A stretch of 64,000 nucleotides of DNA. Source: Polyangiaceae bacterium. Its GTDB lineage: Bacteria; Myxococcota_A; Polyangia; Polyangiales; Polyangiaceae. The translations under genes and the position numbers were made by a program. This document shows positions 27,880 through 38,104 of this stretch, one piece after another. Within the stretch, counting starts at the first letter, position 1. Every line of letters begins with the position of its first letter. The DNA is taken from assembly GCA_044376115.1 (NCBI GenBank), contig JBILLK010000005.1, positions 378,094-442,093 of the forward strand, given 5' to 3'. The notes under the pieces were generated by a model. It was not told where the DNA came from. It saw only the letters and a list, made by a program, of their open reading frames with translations, and did no database searches.

Positions 27880-28752
27880 TCAGCCAGCTAACACGCCGCT
27901 TACGACGCGCTCGATCCCGCCGTAGTCGCGCTTTCGTTCGACCTCGGTGAAGCCGTTCTGGTGGAAGATCTCCGCCGTCTTTTCGGATTGGCCGGCGCCG
28001 ATCTCCATCGCCAGGAGGCCGCCCTTCGACAAAACGGCGGGCGCCTTTTCGATGATGCGGCGCGCGAACTCGAGGCCGTCTTCTCCTCCGAAGAGCGCAA
28101 CGTGGGGCTCGAAGTCGAGGATGGTGGCGGCCAGTTCGGGCTTCTCGTCGAGCCGAATGTACGGCGGATTGGCTGTGATTACGTCGAACGGGCCAACGAG
28201 GCCTTCGAGCAAGTCGGCCTGTTGGAAGAAGACGCGCGGTACGGCGGCGAGGCGCACCGCGTTCTCACGCGCGACGACCAGCGCGTCCTCCGAGATGTCC
28301 GAGCCGAGCACGCTCCAAGTCGGCCGTTCGCGGGCCAGGGTGATCGCCACGCAACCGGAGCCGGTGCAAAGATCGAGCACGGAGGCTGCGAGGCTCAGGT
28401 GGTTGGCTCGGGTGAGCGCAACCTCGACCAAGGTCTCGGTGTCGGGGCGAGGGACTAAGACGCGTGCGTCTACATGGAAGGAGCGACCATAGAACTCGCG
28501 CGCGCCGAGGATGTAGGCCACCGGTTCATGCGAACGGCGACGCTGGTGGAGCGCCTTGTACGCGGCCAACTCCTCCTTGCTGAGCGGCCGATCCGATTGA
28601 ACGATCAGGCCGACGCGATTGATCGACAGCACGATGCCCAAGAGCAGCTCGGCGTCGAGCCGTGGGGTGTCGTTGCCGCGCGAGCGAAAGTCCGCCGCCG
28701 CCCAATCGAGGACGCGTTTGACCGTCCACGGTTCTTGCGCTGCAGTCGTCAC
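27880..28752 (-). CDS. prmC: Release factor glutamine methyltransferase
   Basis: RLDAELLL, EPVAYILG.REFYG, VLVPRPDTE, DLCTGSG, NPPY, EPHVALFGGEDG. Confidence 0.95.
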   Translation of the reverse strand: MTTAAQEPWTVKRVLDWAAADFRSRGNDTPRLDAELLLGIVLSINRVGLIVQSDRPLSKEELAAYKALHQRRRSHEPVAYILGAREFYGRSFHVDARVLVPRPDTETLVEVALTRANHLSLAASVLDLCTGSGCVAITLARERPTWSVLGSDISEDALVVARENAVRLAAVPRVFFQQADLLEGLVGPFDVITANPPYIRLDEKPELAATILDFEPHVALFGGEDGLEFARRIIEKAPAVLSKGGLLAMEIGAGQSEKTAEIFHQNGFTEVERKRDYGGIERVVSGVLAG

Positions 28753-30137
28753 AGAGCCTCTGCCGCTTGTGCGACGAAGCTTTCGACCTCCCGTCGAATT
28801 TCGTCTCGGCGAGCGACGGTCTTGGCTTCAAAGCGCAACACCAGCACCGGTTGCGTATTCGACGCGCGGCACAAGCCCCAGGCGCCGTCGCCAAAATCGA
28901 TGCGAGCCCCGTCGAGATCGAGCACGCGATGGGTCTTGCGAAAGTGCTCTTGCACCTTGGTGACGATGCCGAACTTCTTGTCGTCCGCGCAATCCACTCG
29001 CAGCTCCGGCGTGGCAAAGGTCTCAGGTACATCGGCTAGCAGCTGCGAAAGCGGTTTGCCTGCGTCGGTCACGATCTCCAGCAACCGAACGCTCGCGTAG
29101 ATCGCGTCGTCATAGCCGAAGTAGCGATCCCCAAAGAACATGTGGCCGCTCATCTCTCCGGCCAAAAGCGCCTTCTCAGCCTTCATTTTGGCTTTGATCA
29201 ACGAGTGTCCGGTCTTCGAGTAGAGAGCGCGGCCGCCGTGCGCCGTCACGTCGGCGAACAGCGTCTCGGAGCACTTGACCTCACCCAAGACGGTGGCTCC
29301 AGGGTGCTCGGCGAGCAGCGCGCGCGAGTAGAGGATCATCAGCTTGTCCCCCCAAATGACCTCGCCCTTTTCGTCCATCGCACCGATGCGATCGCCATCC
29401 CCATCCCAAGCGATACCGAGCGCGGCGCCGGTTTCGAGGATGCGCGCTTTGAGCTGCTCGAGGTTGCTAAGCACCGTCGGATCCGGGTGGTGGTTGGGAA
29501 AATGACCGTCGATATCGCAGAACAGTGGATCGACGCTGACGCCGAGCGCCTCCAGTGTGCGGACCCCGAGCGGGCCTGCTGAGCCGTTGCCCGCGTCCAC
29601 CACCACGCGCGGCGCTTTAGCCCCGTCCAAGCGAGAGGCCTGTTTGACCGCCGCGATGTAGTCGGCGGAGATATCCTTGCTCTCCAACGTCCCGCGTGTG
29701 CGCGCAGGAAGTTCGCTGGCCATGGTTTCACGCAGGACCTGGATCTCTTGGCCGTAGAACGAGCCCTTGCCGCGCATCAGCTTGAAGCCGTTGTCCTCCC
29801 CTGGGTTGTGGCTGCCAGTGATCTGCACCGCGCCGTCGGGATGGGTGTGGAAGGCGGCGAAATACAGCAGCGGCGTCGGTCCCACGCCGACGTCGAGCAC
29901 GTTGGCACCCTGCTCGACGAGCCCGCGCGTGAGCTGCTCGAACAGCCTTGGGCTCGATAGACGGCCGTCTCTTCCGACGGCGATCGTGAGCGGTTGGCTT
30001 TGTTCAGCCTCGGGCTTGCCCCGTCGAATCAGCTCCGCAAACGCGCGTCCGAGGGCGAAGGCGAACTCGTTCGACAGGTCTCGCTCGGCGACGCCGCGCA
30101 CGTCGTACTCACGAAAAACATTGGTCGGGAACGACAT
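28749..30137 (-). CDS. Phosphomannomutase/phosphoglucomutase (AlgC type)
   Basis: FREYDVRG, TGSHNP, FPNHHPDP, DGDGDR, GEMSGH, RASNTQP. Confidence 0.95.
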   Translation of the reverse strand: MSFPTNVFREYDVRGVAERDLSNEFAFALGRAFAELIRRGKPEAEQSQPLTIAVGRDGRLSSPRLFEQLTRGLVEQGANVLDVGVGPTPLLYFAAFHTHPDGAVQITGSHNPGEDNGFKLMRGKGSFYGQEIQVLRETMASELPARTRGTLESKDISADYIAAVKQASRLDGAKAPRVVVDAGNGSAGPLGVRTLEALGVSVDPLFCDIDGHFPNHHPDPTVLSNLEQLKARILETGAALGIAWDGDGDRIGAMDEKGEVIWGDKLMILYSRALLAEHPGATVLGEVKCSETLFADVTAHGGRALYSKTGHSLIKAKMKAEKALLAGEMSGHMFFGDRYFGYDDAIYASVRLLEIVTDAGKPLSQLLADVPETFATPELRVDCADDKKFGIVTKVQEHFRKTHRVLDLDGARIDFGDGAWGLCRASNTQPVLVLRFEAKTVARRDEIRREVESFVAQAAEAL

Positions 30138-30152
30138 AGGCGGCGCAGGCTA

Positions 30153-30674
30153 TCACAGCCCGCTGGTGGGCCTTTGCCCCGCGGACCCCACCGTTTCCTG
30201 GCGGTTCCTCGGGAGCTCGAGCACCAATGTATCCATCACCGGCCCGCAGGGAGTGCGCACGTCTTTGGTGGCACAGGTCACGAGGCGAAAGCCGCCGCCA
30301 ATGGCGATAGCGACCATTTGTGCCTCTTGCGGCGAGCCCTTATCGTCCACCCCCTCGAGCCTCATCGCCGCGTGCCGAGCCTCTCCGGCGGAATACGCTG
30401 CATCCAGCCGCTTCACCGACTTTCCGCCGAAGTTTGCTGCAAAGCCGTCGAAGGCCATTTCCATTTCGGCGGACGAAGCGTTGAGCACCATGGTCTCTAC
30501 CGCCGTCAGCGAGCCGCAGGTCCAGGAGGTGACGTCCTCGCTTGGTCGCTCCTCGAGGCAGTGACTCAAGAGGCCGGTGGGCGCCGTAGGAGCCGGCGTC
30601 GTCGCGCAGCCAAGCAGCGAAACAGCGCCCAAACCGAGCAACAAGGTGAAGCGAGCAGTGTTCATGACGACCAC
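30153..30674 (-). CDS. Hypothetical lipoprotein
   Basis: Lipobox LLGC; four further Cys. Start may be ATG 30665. Confidence 0.65.
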   Translation of the reverse strand: MVVMNTARFTLLLGLGAVSLLGCATTPAPTAPTGLLSHCLEERPSEDVTSWTCGSLTAVETMVLNASSAEMEMAFDGFAANFGGKSVKRLDAAYSAGEARHAAMRLEGVDDKGSPQEAQMVAIAIGGGFRLVTCATKDVRTPCGPVMDTLVLELPRNRQETVGSAGQRPTSGL

Positions 30675-30715
30675 TCAGATGCACCGACTGGCCCCGCGTT
30701 CAAAGCGAAGGCCCG

Positions 30716-31384
30716 CTACTTGGCCGGCGCAAAGTTAAAGGCGCCGACGAGCCCCCCGCGCAGCTGCGTCTTGGCCTCGACCTCCCCGTTCTCGAATACG
30801 AGGCGAAAGCCCTGTTCCTGCTCCTTGATGGCTTGCCTTTTGCCGCGCGAACTGACGAAGCTCGCGATCTCGCGGAACTTCTCCGCTGTCACTTCCTTGC
30901 GAGTTTCGGGGTGAAGTAGCTTCAGGAAGCGTTCGTGGTCTTGCGAGCCGAGCGCAGCTAGAAGATCCTCCAAAGCCTGCTGGTGGGTCTTGGCTTGCGC
31001 GGTCTTCCAGCCTTCGCCCTCAACTTCCAGCCCATCGATCAGGTCCTCGCGCTTGGAGCGAAAGACCCACTCGGTGGGCCCCTCCGCAAACGTGGCGGTG
31101 AAGCGAATCTCTGACGTCCCGTTGTTGATGGACGTGGCTGTCTGCGTCAGATCACTGCGGCTACCGAGGGCCGCGTAGATGCGCGCCATGTTGCCGAACT
31201 CGTCTTCGGAGAGGTCTTTGAGTAGCTCGCTCCCAGCGACTTTCTTAACTGCCGCGTAGTCGTTCTTGTGCAGGGCCTCGAACAACGCTTCCGCGTTATT
31301 GCGCAGCGCTTTGTTGCAGGCGCTGCCAGCCAGCATGAGCGCTGCAGAACCAAGGACCAGCTGGCGCCGGGAAAAGACGGTCAT
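30716..31384 (-). CDS. Tat-type lipoprotein with two NTF2/DUF3887-like domains
   Basis: SRRQLV..GSAC; two similar ~100-aa halves (AEALFEALHKNDY / LEDLLAALGSQDH). Confidence 0.6.
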   Translation of the reverse strand: MTVFSRRQLVLGSAALMLAGSACNKALRNNAEALFEALHKNDYAAVKKVAGSELLKDLSEDEFGNMARIYAALGSRSDLTQTATSINNGTSEIRFTATFAEGPTEWVFRSKREDLIDGLEVEGEGWKTAQAKTHQQALEDLLAALGSQDHERFLKLLHPETRKEVTAEKFREIASFVSSRGKRQAIKEQEQGFRLVFENGEVEAKTQLRGGLVGAFNFAPAK

Positions 31385-31425
31385 GCAGCAGAGCTATCAC
31401 TCTCGCTGCGACCACGGAATATCGC

Positions 31426-32259
31426 TCAAGGCAGGGTGTAGAGGCTGACTCGGAAGCCGGCGATCGCCGAAGGCCGCCGCAGCGTCTGGGAAAACATGTA
31501 GTCCAGCCCGAGCGACGGACCCATCTTCATCTTCCAGACCTCGATGCCTTCGAAGAAGGCGCCCACGAAAAGATGCGAGGCGCCGCCTGCGTCTATCAGC
31601 ACGTCCCCCGTCTCGTTGTCGGTCGTCTTGGCGAAGGCCAGACCGAAGTCGGTGGTCATGCCGAGGTTGCGGAAGGCGCCCTCGAGGCCGTACAGCGGGT
31701 AAATATCGGTGTGGAAGAACATGAACGGCGCAGGGCTTTCAGTGCCGTCGGCGCGGATCAAAGCGAAGCCGCCACCAACACCAAACGTCAACCAATCCGC
31801 CAGCGCTCCACCGATCCACAAGGAGCCGAGCGTGGACAGCCCGAGACCGCTCTCGGTGTAGAACTCCTCGCGACCGATCTTGCGCGCATCAGCGGGAAAG
31901 CCGTTGGCTGCGCCTACGCCGAGCCCGAGGCTCAAACCGACAGCGAAACCACCGCGGTGCTCGTAGGGGGCGTTCTCCCAGGCTTTCTCGGCCTTCGGAT
32001 CAACAGGTGCGTCAGCGGGCTTCGCATCCTTTGCGTCGGCGGGCTTCGCATCCTTGGCGTCAGCAGGCTTCGCATCAGCGGGCGTCGCGTCGGCGGGCTT
32101 CGCATCCTTGGTGTCAGCAGGCTTCGCGTCGGCCTTTGCCTCTTCGGCTTGGACTTCGGCTGCGCAAAACAAGGCGACGCTGAGCGCCCCGCCGAGCGCG
32201 AAGACTGGCGCCACACGGGTCGCCCAGTTTCTCGGAAGACGAAGGGCTGCGGAACTCAT
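31426..32259 (-). CDS. Exported protein with an AKPAD repeat linker and a probable small outer-membrane beta-barrel
   Basis: Signal peptide, low-complexity repeats, alternating Gly/aromatic strands, C-terminal GFRVSLYTLP. Confidence 0.65.
   Translation of the reverse strand: MSSAALRLPRNWATRVAPVFALGGALSVALFCAAEVQAEEAKADAKPADTKDAKPADATPADAKPADAKDAKPADAKDAKPADAPVDPKAEKAWENAPYEHRGGFAVGLSLGLGVGAANGFPADARKIGREEFYTESGLGLSTLGSLWIGGALADWLTFGVGGGFALIRADGTESPAPFMFFHTDIYPLYGLEGAFRNLGMTTDFGLAFAKTTDNETGDVLIDAGGASHLFVGAFFEGIEVWKMKMGPSLGLDYMFSQTLRRPSAIAGFRVSLYTLP
32009..32133 (-). repeat. Intragenic imperfect tandem repeat (15/24-nt units) encoding AKPAD(AKD)
   Basis: Repeated GCGTC(A/G)GC(G/A)GGCTTCGCATC units. 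Confidence 0.85.
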
Positions 32260-32400
32260 CGAACGAACATCCTTGCCACGAAACCCTTGCCGCGAGTGCG
32301 GGACATCACCCGAAAGCCCGCGATTCCAATCTCATACGTGGCCTTTGGGCTCGCGGCAACAACCGGCGCTTGGCGTTGGATCCAAGCCTTCTGATAGGCT

Positions 32401-33516
32401 TTGCCGATGCGTCGTACCTTCGCCATGCTTGGGCTTGTCTTCGTCGGTGCCTTTGGAGCCTTCAGTTGTGCAGCCGGCAGCGATGATAACGAGGACTGCC
32501 CGATCGGCAGCGAGAAGTGCGCCTGCACCGAGGGCGGTAGTTGTGACGCTGGCCTCACCTGCTTGAGCGATACCTGCGTCAACCCGAACGGTGGCGGCAG
32601 CGGCCCTGGTCCTGGCCCTGGCCCGGGTGGCGCTGGCGGTAGCGGTGGCGCTGCGGCTGGTGGCTCCTCTGCCGGTGGCTTCAACGCGACTGGGGGAAGT
32701 ACTCCGTGCGACGCCGGATGCAGCAAGATTGACGTGCTTTTCGCGATGGATGGCTCCGGCTCGATGGCGGAGGAGATCGGCGCGCTTTCGACGACGCAGG
32801 CTTTTGCCGAGGTCGTTGCAGCGTTGGCGGCGGTGAACTGCGGGGACATCGACTACCGCATCGGCGTCACCGACGACAACGACGGTGGCTTCCTCGTTCC
32901 GAGCGGCTGGCCCGCCAATCAGAAGCCCTGGTTCGACTCGACGATGCTCGACGATGCCGCGATGGCGCAGGCTTTTACCGGTGCGGCCAACCAAGTGATC
33001 GCCGGGTCGGGGACCGAAGCAGGTTGCGAACATGTGCTCTCTTCTTCGGTGGATTTGTTGCAAGGCGACACCACAGGCTTCTTGCGAGATGACGCGCTGC
33101 TCGTGCTGATCTTCGTCACCGACGTCGATGACTACGGCGCTTACGACAACGTCAACGGCAACAGCTGTGGCCTCGGTTGCACGGTGCCCGGCGCACCGGT
33201 GCAGACCCTTTACAACGATCTCTTGGCGCTCAAAGGCAACGAGCCCAAGGCGCTGGCTGCGGTGGTGATCGCGGGGGACCCGACGATTTCTGGTGGCGTG
33301 AACTTCTGCAATCAACCGGGGACCTGCGGTTGCAACGGCCTTGATTGTTCGGTCTTTCACGCGACGCGGCTGTGGGACTTCGCCAGCCTACAAACCGGTC
33401 AAAACGGCTCGACCAGCAACCTGTGCGGCGGGCCGCAAACCGTTCCTATGAGCGTGAAGGCCGCCTTCGACGACAATATCGATCTGGCGTGTCAGGGCTT
33501 CGAACCGCCGCAGTGA
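32401..33516 (+). CDS. VWA-like (MIDAS) Cys-rich lipoprotein
   Basis: AFSC lipobox, CPIGSEKCAC module, KIDVLFAMDGSGSMAEE, FLRDDALLVLIFVTDVDD. Start probably ATG 32407. Confidence 0.8.
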   Translation: MPMRRTFAMLGLVFVGAFGAFSCAAGSDDNEDCPIGSEKCACTEGGSCDAGLTCLSDTCVNPNGGGSGPGPGPGPGGAGGSGGAAAGGSSAGGFNATGGSTPCDAGCSKIDVLFAMDGSGSMAEEIGALSTTQAFAEVVAALAAVNCGDIDYRIGVTDDNDGGFLVPSGWPANQKPWFDSTMLDDAAMAQAFTGAANQVIAGSGTEAGCEHVLSSSVDLLQGDTTGFLRDDALLVLIFVTDVDDYGAYDNVNGNSCGLGCTVPGAPVQTLYNDLLALKGNEPKALAAVVIAGDPTISGGVNFCNQPGTCGCNGLDCSVFHATRLWDFASLQTGQNGSTSNLCGGPQTVPMSVKAAFDDNIDLACQGFEPPQ

Positions 33517-35072
33517 CGGCGGCGTAGCCGCCCCAAAAAGAGCAGCGCGACCAAGCCGCCGAACCACCCATTGTGCGCGCTCGAGTTCGCGCCAGCGCTG
33601 CGGCAATCACAGCCCTCCCCATCGTCGCTCGCGCCTCCACCACCAGCACCGCCAGCGCCGCCCGCTGCTGCACCGCCAGCGCTCGGTCCGGCTCCGCCGC
33701 TGCTGCTTCCGGCGCCAGCGCCGCTACCACCGCTGCCACTGCCGCCACCAGCTCCGGCACCGCCGCTTCCGCTCGGCGTTGGCAGCGTTTTGAAGCCGGC
33801 CTGCAAGGTCCAACCGGGGTTCCCCGCAGCGTCGAAGTTGTAGGCCCCTACGTCCAACTGACCGTCGCGCGCTGTGCCGTTGAAGTCGTCGCTCGCGAGG
33901 TGGCCAACGTCGGCAGCGCCGAGCAAGGCTGAGCTCGCGGACGGGAATACGTCGTTGGGCGGCGCGCCCGAAAAGCTCGCTGCGACGAAGTCGGTCAGGC
34001 TGCCGCTGGCGCTGAAACCAGCGCTCACGCCCTGCAGTGAACCAACGCCAACATTGCCGCTCACGGTCACGCCTGTGAGGTCCCCGGCTACGCGCAGGGC
34101 GTTGCCGCTTTGCGCGTAGAGAGCGTTGTTGGCGATCAGCACCGAGCCCACGATGCCGTCCGAACGCAACGCGTCCCCGCTCGCTTTGAGCACGGTGTTG
34201 TGCACGATCTCGATGTTGGCGGGCTCCCCGCTTTGGTGCGGCTGGTTGCGAATCCCGTCGGCGGCGGCGCTCAAGATGATGTTATTGCGAATAACTACGT
34301 CGGCCGCGGATTGAATGCCGTGATCGCCGCAGCCCCACAGGGCGTTGCGTTCGATGATGTTGGGCGGGCCGTTGCCCAGCGTGCTGTAGGTGATGATGCA
34401 GGGGTAGCCGGTGTCGTGGATCACGTTGTCGCGCACGATGTTGCCGTAGCTGCCCTCTTTGATCTCGATGCCATCACCCTGATCCACGGTGGGGCCGTTG
34501 GTGTCGTGGATCCAGTTGCCCTCGATCAAGCTGTCGTGGAACTGACAGCCGTTGTTGTTGCAGCCGAGGTACATTCCTTCGCCGACGCCGCCCGTGTCGT
34601 GGATGTGGTTGCGGCGCAGGATGATGCCTGCGTAGTCCACGCCGCTGTCGTTGACGCTGATCGCGTTCGCCCCGGTGTGGTGAATATGGCAATCCTCAAC
34701 CGTGATGAAGCTGCCGGTCTGCACGCGGATCCCGCGGGAACCGCCGGTGAATTCGAGCCCGCGAAACTCCAAGTAGGAGCCGAGCACGTTGACGATGTTC
34801 TGCTGCGCTTGCTGCTCAATCACCGGCACTTCACCGTCTTTGGCGCGAATGACAATCGGTTGACCAGCCGTGCCCGAAACCGCGATCTCGAAGTAACCGC
34901 TGAGGACATAGCTGCCACCGCCGAGCACCAGTTCATCCCCCGGTACCAGCGCCTGGATCGCGCTCGCTAGGTTGTCAGCCGGGCCGATCTCGTAGCTGGT
35001 CGCAAGAGCTTCCTGTGCCCAAATCAGGGAGAGTGAGCTGAAGGCAGCGCCAAATCGGAGAAAGCGGGACAT
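33492..35072 (-). CDS. Right-handed parallel beta-helix protein with a MYXO-CTERM sorting signal
   Basis: Signal peptide, PGDELVL, repeated NxIHDT strands, DVGAY, Gly-rich linker, GCDC..TM..RLRRR. Confidence 0.85.
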   Translation of the reverse strand: MSRFLRFGAAFSSLSLIWAQEALATSYEIGPADNLASAIQALVPGDELVLGGGSYVLSGYFEIAVSGTAGQPIVIRAKDGEVPVIEQQAQQNIVNVLGSYLEFRGLEFTGGSRGIRVQTGSFITVEDCHIHHTGANAISVNDSGVDYAGIILRRNHIHDTGGVGEGMYLGCNNNGCQFHDSLIEGNWIHDTNGPTVDQGDGIEIKEGSYGNIVRDNVIHDTGYPCIITYSTLGNGPPNIIERNALWGCGDHGIQSAADVVIRNNIILSAAADGIRNQPHQSGEPANIEIVHNTVLKASGDALRSDGIVGSVLIANNALYAQSGNALRVAGDLTGVTVSGNVGVGSLQGVSAGFSASGSLTDFVAASFSGAPPNDVFPSASSALLGAADVGHLASDDFNGTARDGQLDVGAYNFDAAGNPGWTLQAGFKTLPTPSGSGGAGAGGGSGSGGSGAGAGSSSGGAGPSAGGAAAGGAGGAGGGGASDDGEGCDCRSAGANSSAHNGWFGGLVALLFLGRLRRRHCGGSKP

Positions 35073-35239
35073 GGGCGCAGGATAGTCCGACCAGGTACTT
35101 GCAAGCCATCACGGCGGGCCAGGCTCTCATCCCCAAAAAAAGTTTGAGACGGTGAAGAAAGTAGGCGACACCCGCGAAAGGTGCTCGTCATCTTTGAGGA
35201 CAGCCCAAAGAACGAGCTGTCGCTCAAGGAGACAAGTTC

Positions 35240-35542
35240 ATGAAGTCCGCGATGTTTGCCCGCCCGGTCGCTGTTGTTCTCGCCGTTTCACTGTTTTCGC
35301 TCGTCGGCTGCAAAAAGGGCCCGGCGCTCGAGGAGATGAAGAAGGTCGAAGAAGCCTGCGCCGCGAAGGACAAGGAGAAGGCCGTCGACATTGCGATCAA
35401 GGCGGCCGAGTCGAACAGCTCGTTCAAGAAGGCCTTCGACGAGGTGTTCAAAGGCGTCGAAGACAAGAAGAAGGTCAACGTGTGCGGCGCTCTACCGATG
35501 ACCGAGCTGCGCACGCGGATCGAGAACGGCCCTGCGATTTGA
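35240..35542 (+). CDS. Small lipoprotein
   Basis: AAGGAG RBS, lipobox LVGC, strong GC3 codon bias. Confidence 0.75.
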   Translation: MKSAMFARPVAVVLAVSLFSLVGCKKGPALEEMKKVEEACAAKDKEKAVDIAIKAAESNSSFKKAFDEVFKGVEDKKKVNVCGALPMTELRTRIENGPAI

Positions 35543-35574
35543 CGACCAGCGCCCTCGCTGGGGCGTGATAGGGC

Positions 35575-36570
35575 ATGACCATGGGATCGCTCGTCACGCT
35601 CCAGCGCACGATTCGAGTGGCCAGCTCGGCCTCGGGTGAAGCGCCGCTCGTTTTGCAGGAGCTACCGGCCAAGCCGCTGGGCCCGCGCGACGTACGGGTG
35701 AAGCTCCATTCGATTGGCGTCAACCCCGTCGATTGGAAGATGCGCAGCGGTGGGCCGCTACGGTTCGCCCATCGCTTTCTCGGTCCCCGAGGCCCGTTGG
35801 TGGTGGGCGTGGACTTCGCTGGGGAAGTCGTCGAGTGCGGTCCCAAAGCCGATTTGAAGCTCGCCACGCGCGTGGTCGGCGCTACCGACTTCTCCCGCGG
35901 TCAGCGTGGTAGCTACGCCAGCGAGGTCGTGGTGCGCGACGATCAATGCGCCGTCTTGCCTGACAGCGTCGGCTACGACGATGCGGCGTGTCTGCCTGTG
36001 CCCGGCGCGACGGCGTTGCGCTGCTTCACCGAGGCCGGCCTTCCCACCGTGGGCAAGGCGCCTTCCGCGCGCATCCTCGTGTTGGGCGCATCGGGCGGGG
36101 TAGGGCTGATCACGTTGCAGCTCGCGCGGGCGATGGGAGCCACAGCCGTGGGCGTCTGCTCGACGCGCAACCGCGCGCTCGTTGAACGGCTGGGTGCGAT
36201 CGCGATCGATTACACCGCGGGCGACGCTCTCACCGCGGCTCGAGAGCACGGTCCCTTCGACCTCGTACTTCAAGGCGTAGGTTCCGACGTTTATCCGCTG
36301 GCTCGCTGTCGTGCGCTGCTCAAAGACAAGGGCCTGGTCGCGCTGATCGTGGTCAACCCGTCCGACGTCCCGTCGATGTTGTTTCGCCGCAGCGTGAAGT
36401 CGGTGCTCGGCCGGCCCAATCGCAGCATGCTCGAGCCGCTGGTGGCTGCCTTCGCGCGGGGGGAGATCGAGACCATGATCGAAGCGCGCTTTGCGCTGGC
36501 TGACGCCGAACAGGCGCATCAACGATCGAAGGCCGGCAAGGTCGTCGGCAAGCTGCTGCTCGTCCCGTAG
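35575..36570 (+). CDS. MDR-family NAD(P)-dependent oxidoreductase (quinone-reductase-like)
   Basis: GVNPVDWK, GVDFAGEV, LGASGGVG, GKVVGKLL. Confidence 0.88.
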   Translation: MTMGSLVTLQRTIRVASSASGEAPLVLQELPAKPLGPRDVRVKLHSIGVNPVDWKMRSGGPLRFAHRFLGPRGPLVVGVDFAGEVVECGPKADLKLATRVVGATDFSRGQRGSYASEVVVRDDQCAVLPDSVGYDDAACLPVPGATALRCFTEAGLPTVGKAPSARILVLGASGGVGLITLQLARAMGATAVGVCSTRNRALVERLGAIAIDYTAGDALTAAREHGPFDLVLQGVGSDVYPLARCRALLKDKGLVALIVVNPSDVPSMLFRRSVKSVLGRPNRSMLEPLVAAFARGEIETMIEARFALADAEQAHQRSKAGKVVGKLLLVP

Positions 36571-36577
36571 GCGTCGG

Positions 36578-37180
36578 CTACGCGTCTTCCTCTTCGTCGC
36601 CGAAGGGGTTACCGAGATCGTCGATCAAGCCGGTTCCACCTTCGATCGGGATGGCGCGCGCCATCGCGACGCGCTCGAGCATCACCGATAGATCCACGTT
36701 CTTGGAGACGGTGGGGAGGAAGGCTTGGGTGCCGTTCCACAAGTGCAATTGGATCTTGGTGCGCCGCGGGAGCGCGCCTTTGACGGCCGGCGCCGGTGCC
36801 TTCGCTGCGTCCGCCGGCTGCGGTTCGGGAATACACACGCGATCGATCTGACTCCACGTCCAGCGATTGAAGCGCGGCATCCCCAACGCGAGCACCTCGC
36901 GGGTCTCGATTCCATCCGGATGCAGGATCACCCCGGCCATGTTTTGGCGAATCACCGCCGCCAGCGCCGAGCCGAAGATCAACAGCGCGAAGGTGGAGGT
37001 GCCCATGATGCGGTGGCGGTCCCCCACGACGACGAAGTTGTAAAGCCACGAACCGGGCGAAAGGTAGGGCGCAACCAGCACCGCCGTGCCGATGGCGAGC
37101 GACGCCGCAAAGTAGAGCAGCGAGGGTAGGCGACGCTCGAGCGGCATCAGGAAGGTCGCCTTCGTCGGCCGGTACGTCAT
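36578..37180 (-). CDS. Hypothetical membrane protein (2 TM plus a PH-like domain)
   Basis: Two hydrophobic segments, then GVILHPDGIETR..WTWSQI. Confidence 0.6.
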   Translation of the reverse strand: MTYRPTKATFLMPLERRLPSLLYFAASLAIGTAVLVAPYLSPGSWLYNFVVVGDRHRIMGTSTFALLIFGSALAAVIRQNMAGVILHPDGIETREVLALGMPRFNRWTWSQIDRVCIPEPQPADAAKAPAPAVKGALPRRTKIQLHLWNGTQAFLPTVSKNVDLSVMLERVAMARAIPIEGGTGLIDDLGNPFGDEEEDA

Positions 37181-37350
37181 GTCGAAGCCGGGAGGTCGAG
37201 ATACGCGCGCCATTGGGGGATTCTATGCCTTTCGTCGGGGCGATCATCCACAAACTGGGCCGGCTGCGGAGGTGGCTGCCGGCGAGCGTCGGAGTCGGAC
37301 CCGTGAGCAGCCTGAAGCTTGGGCCGAATCTTTGGTGGTACCGTGGCGCG

Positions 37351-38004
37351 ATGCAACCGAAGACAAGTGTGAAGGGCGGTCGCATCGTGATCGATTCGCG
37401 AAGCTACGACGCCCGCGTATTGGGCGGAGGGCGGTTCGACGTGTTCACGACGGCCGGCGTGAGGGTGGGCCAGTTCTCGATTCGTAATCGCGTCATCGAG
37501 GCCGAAGACCTCGGCGTGGACGGCGCAGATCCGGTCGCTGAGATCGGTCGACTGTGGATGGAGGCCAATCTCTCGGCAGCGCCCGCGCCCAAACCCGCGC
37601 CCGCTCCGGTGCCGGAGCCTGCTCCCTCCGAGCCTGCGGCCGCGCTGGCCGCTCCGACCGCTCCAGCTCCATCGCCCTCCGCCCCGGCGATCCCACCTGC
37701 TCCGGCATCGCAGTCAGGGCCAGCTCCGGGGCGCCCGACCTGGCCGCTCTGTCGCATCACCACGCACGCTCGACCGGATGCTGCGAGCTTCAAACGCGCC
37801 AATGCGTACGCCGCTTGGTTGCGCACCCAGCCCGGTGTTTTGGCGGCCTACGTGCTTCACGACACGGCCAGCGGCAAGACCACCTCGATGACGATCTGGG
37901 AGACGCCGGAGCAGCTGACCGCCTTGCGTTATGCCCAGCCGCCCAAGGAGGCCTCGCCGCTGCCGGCGATCGGACCGGTCGAGCAGCTGTGGGTGGTGGG
38001 CTGA
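37351..38004 (+). CDS. Hypothetical two-domain protein with a Pro-rich linker and an ABM-like C-terminal domain
   Basis: QPGVLAAY..SMTIWET resembles a dimeric alpha/beta barrel. Start moved to ATG 37351. Confidence 0.55.
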   Translation: MQPKTSVKGGRIVIDSRSYDARVLGGGRFDVFTTAGVRVGQFSIRNRVIEAEDLGVDGADPVAEIGRLWMEANLSAAPAPKPAPAPVPEPAPSEPAAALAAPTAPAPSPSAPAIPPAPASQSGPAPGRPTWPLCRITTHARPDAASFKRANAYAAWLRTQPGVLAAYVLHDTASGKTTSMTIWETPEQLTALRYAQPPKEASPLPAIGPVEQLWVVG

Positions 38005-38104
38005 AGCTGGATCTGGCGGATCCTTTGATTTGGATCGCAGCGATCCACACGCCCTACGATTGAAGCGCTCTCGAGCTGGCACGAGCGCTGCTTCGAGCGA
38101 GAGC

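Noticed and set aside
32009..32133. CRISPR-like repeat array
   Set aside because: In-frame coding repeats with no unique spacers, and no cas genes.
35124..35149. Second C-loop hairpin resembling the element at 88-141
   Set aside because: Only a 5-bp stem, with no sigma54 motif or U tract, so too weak to call.
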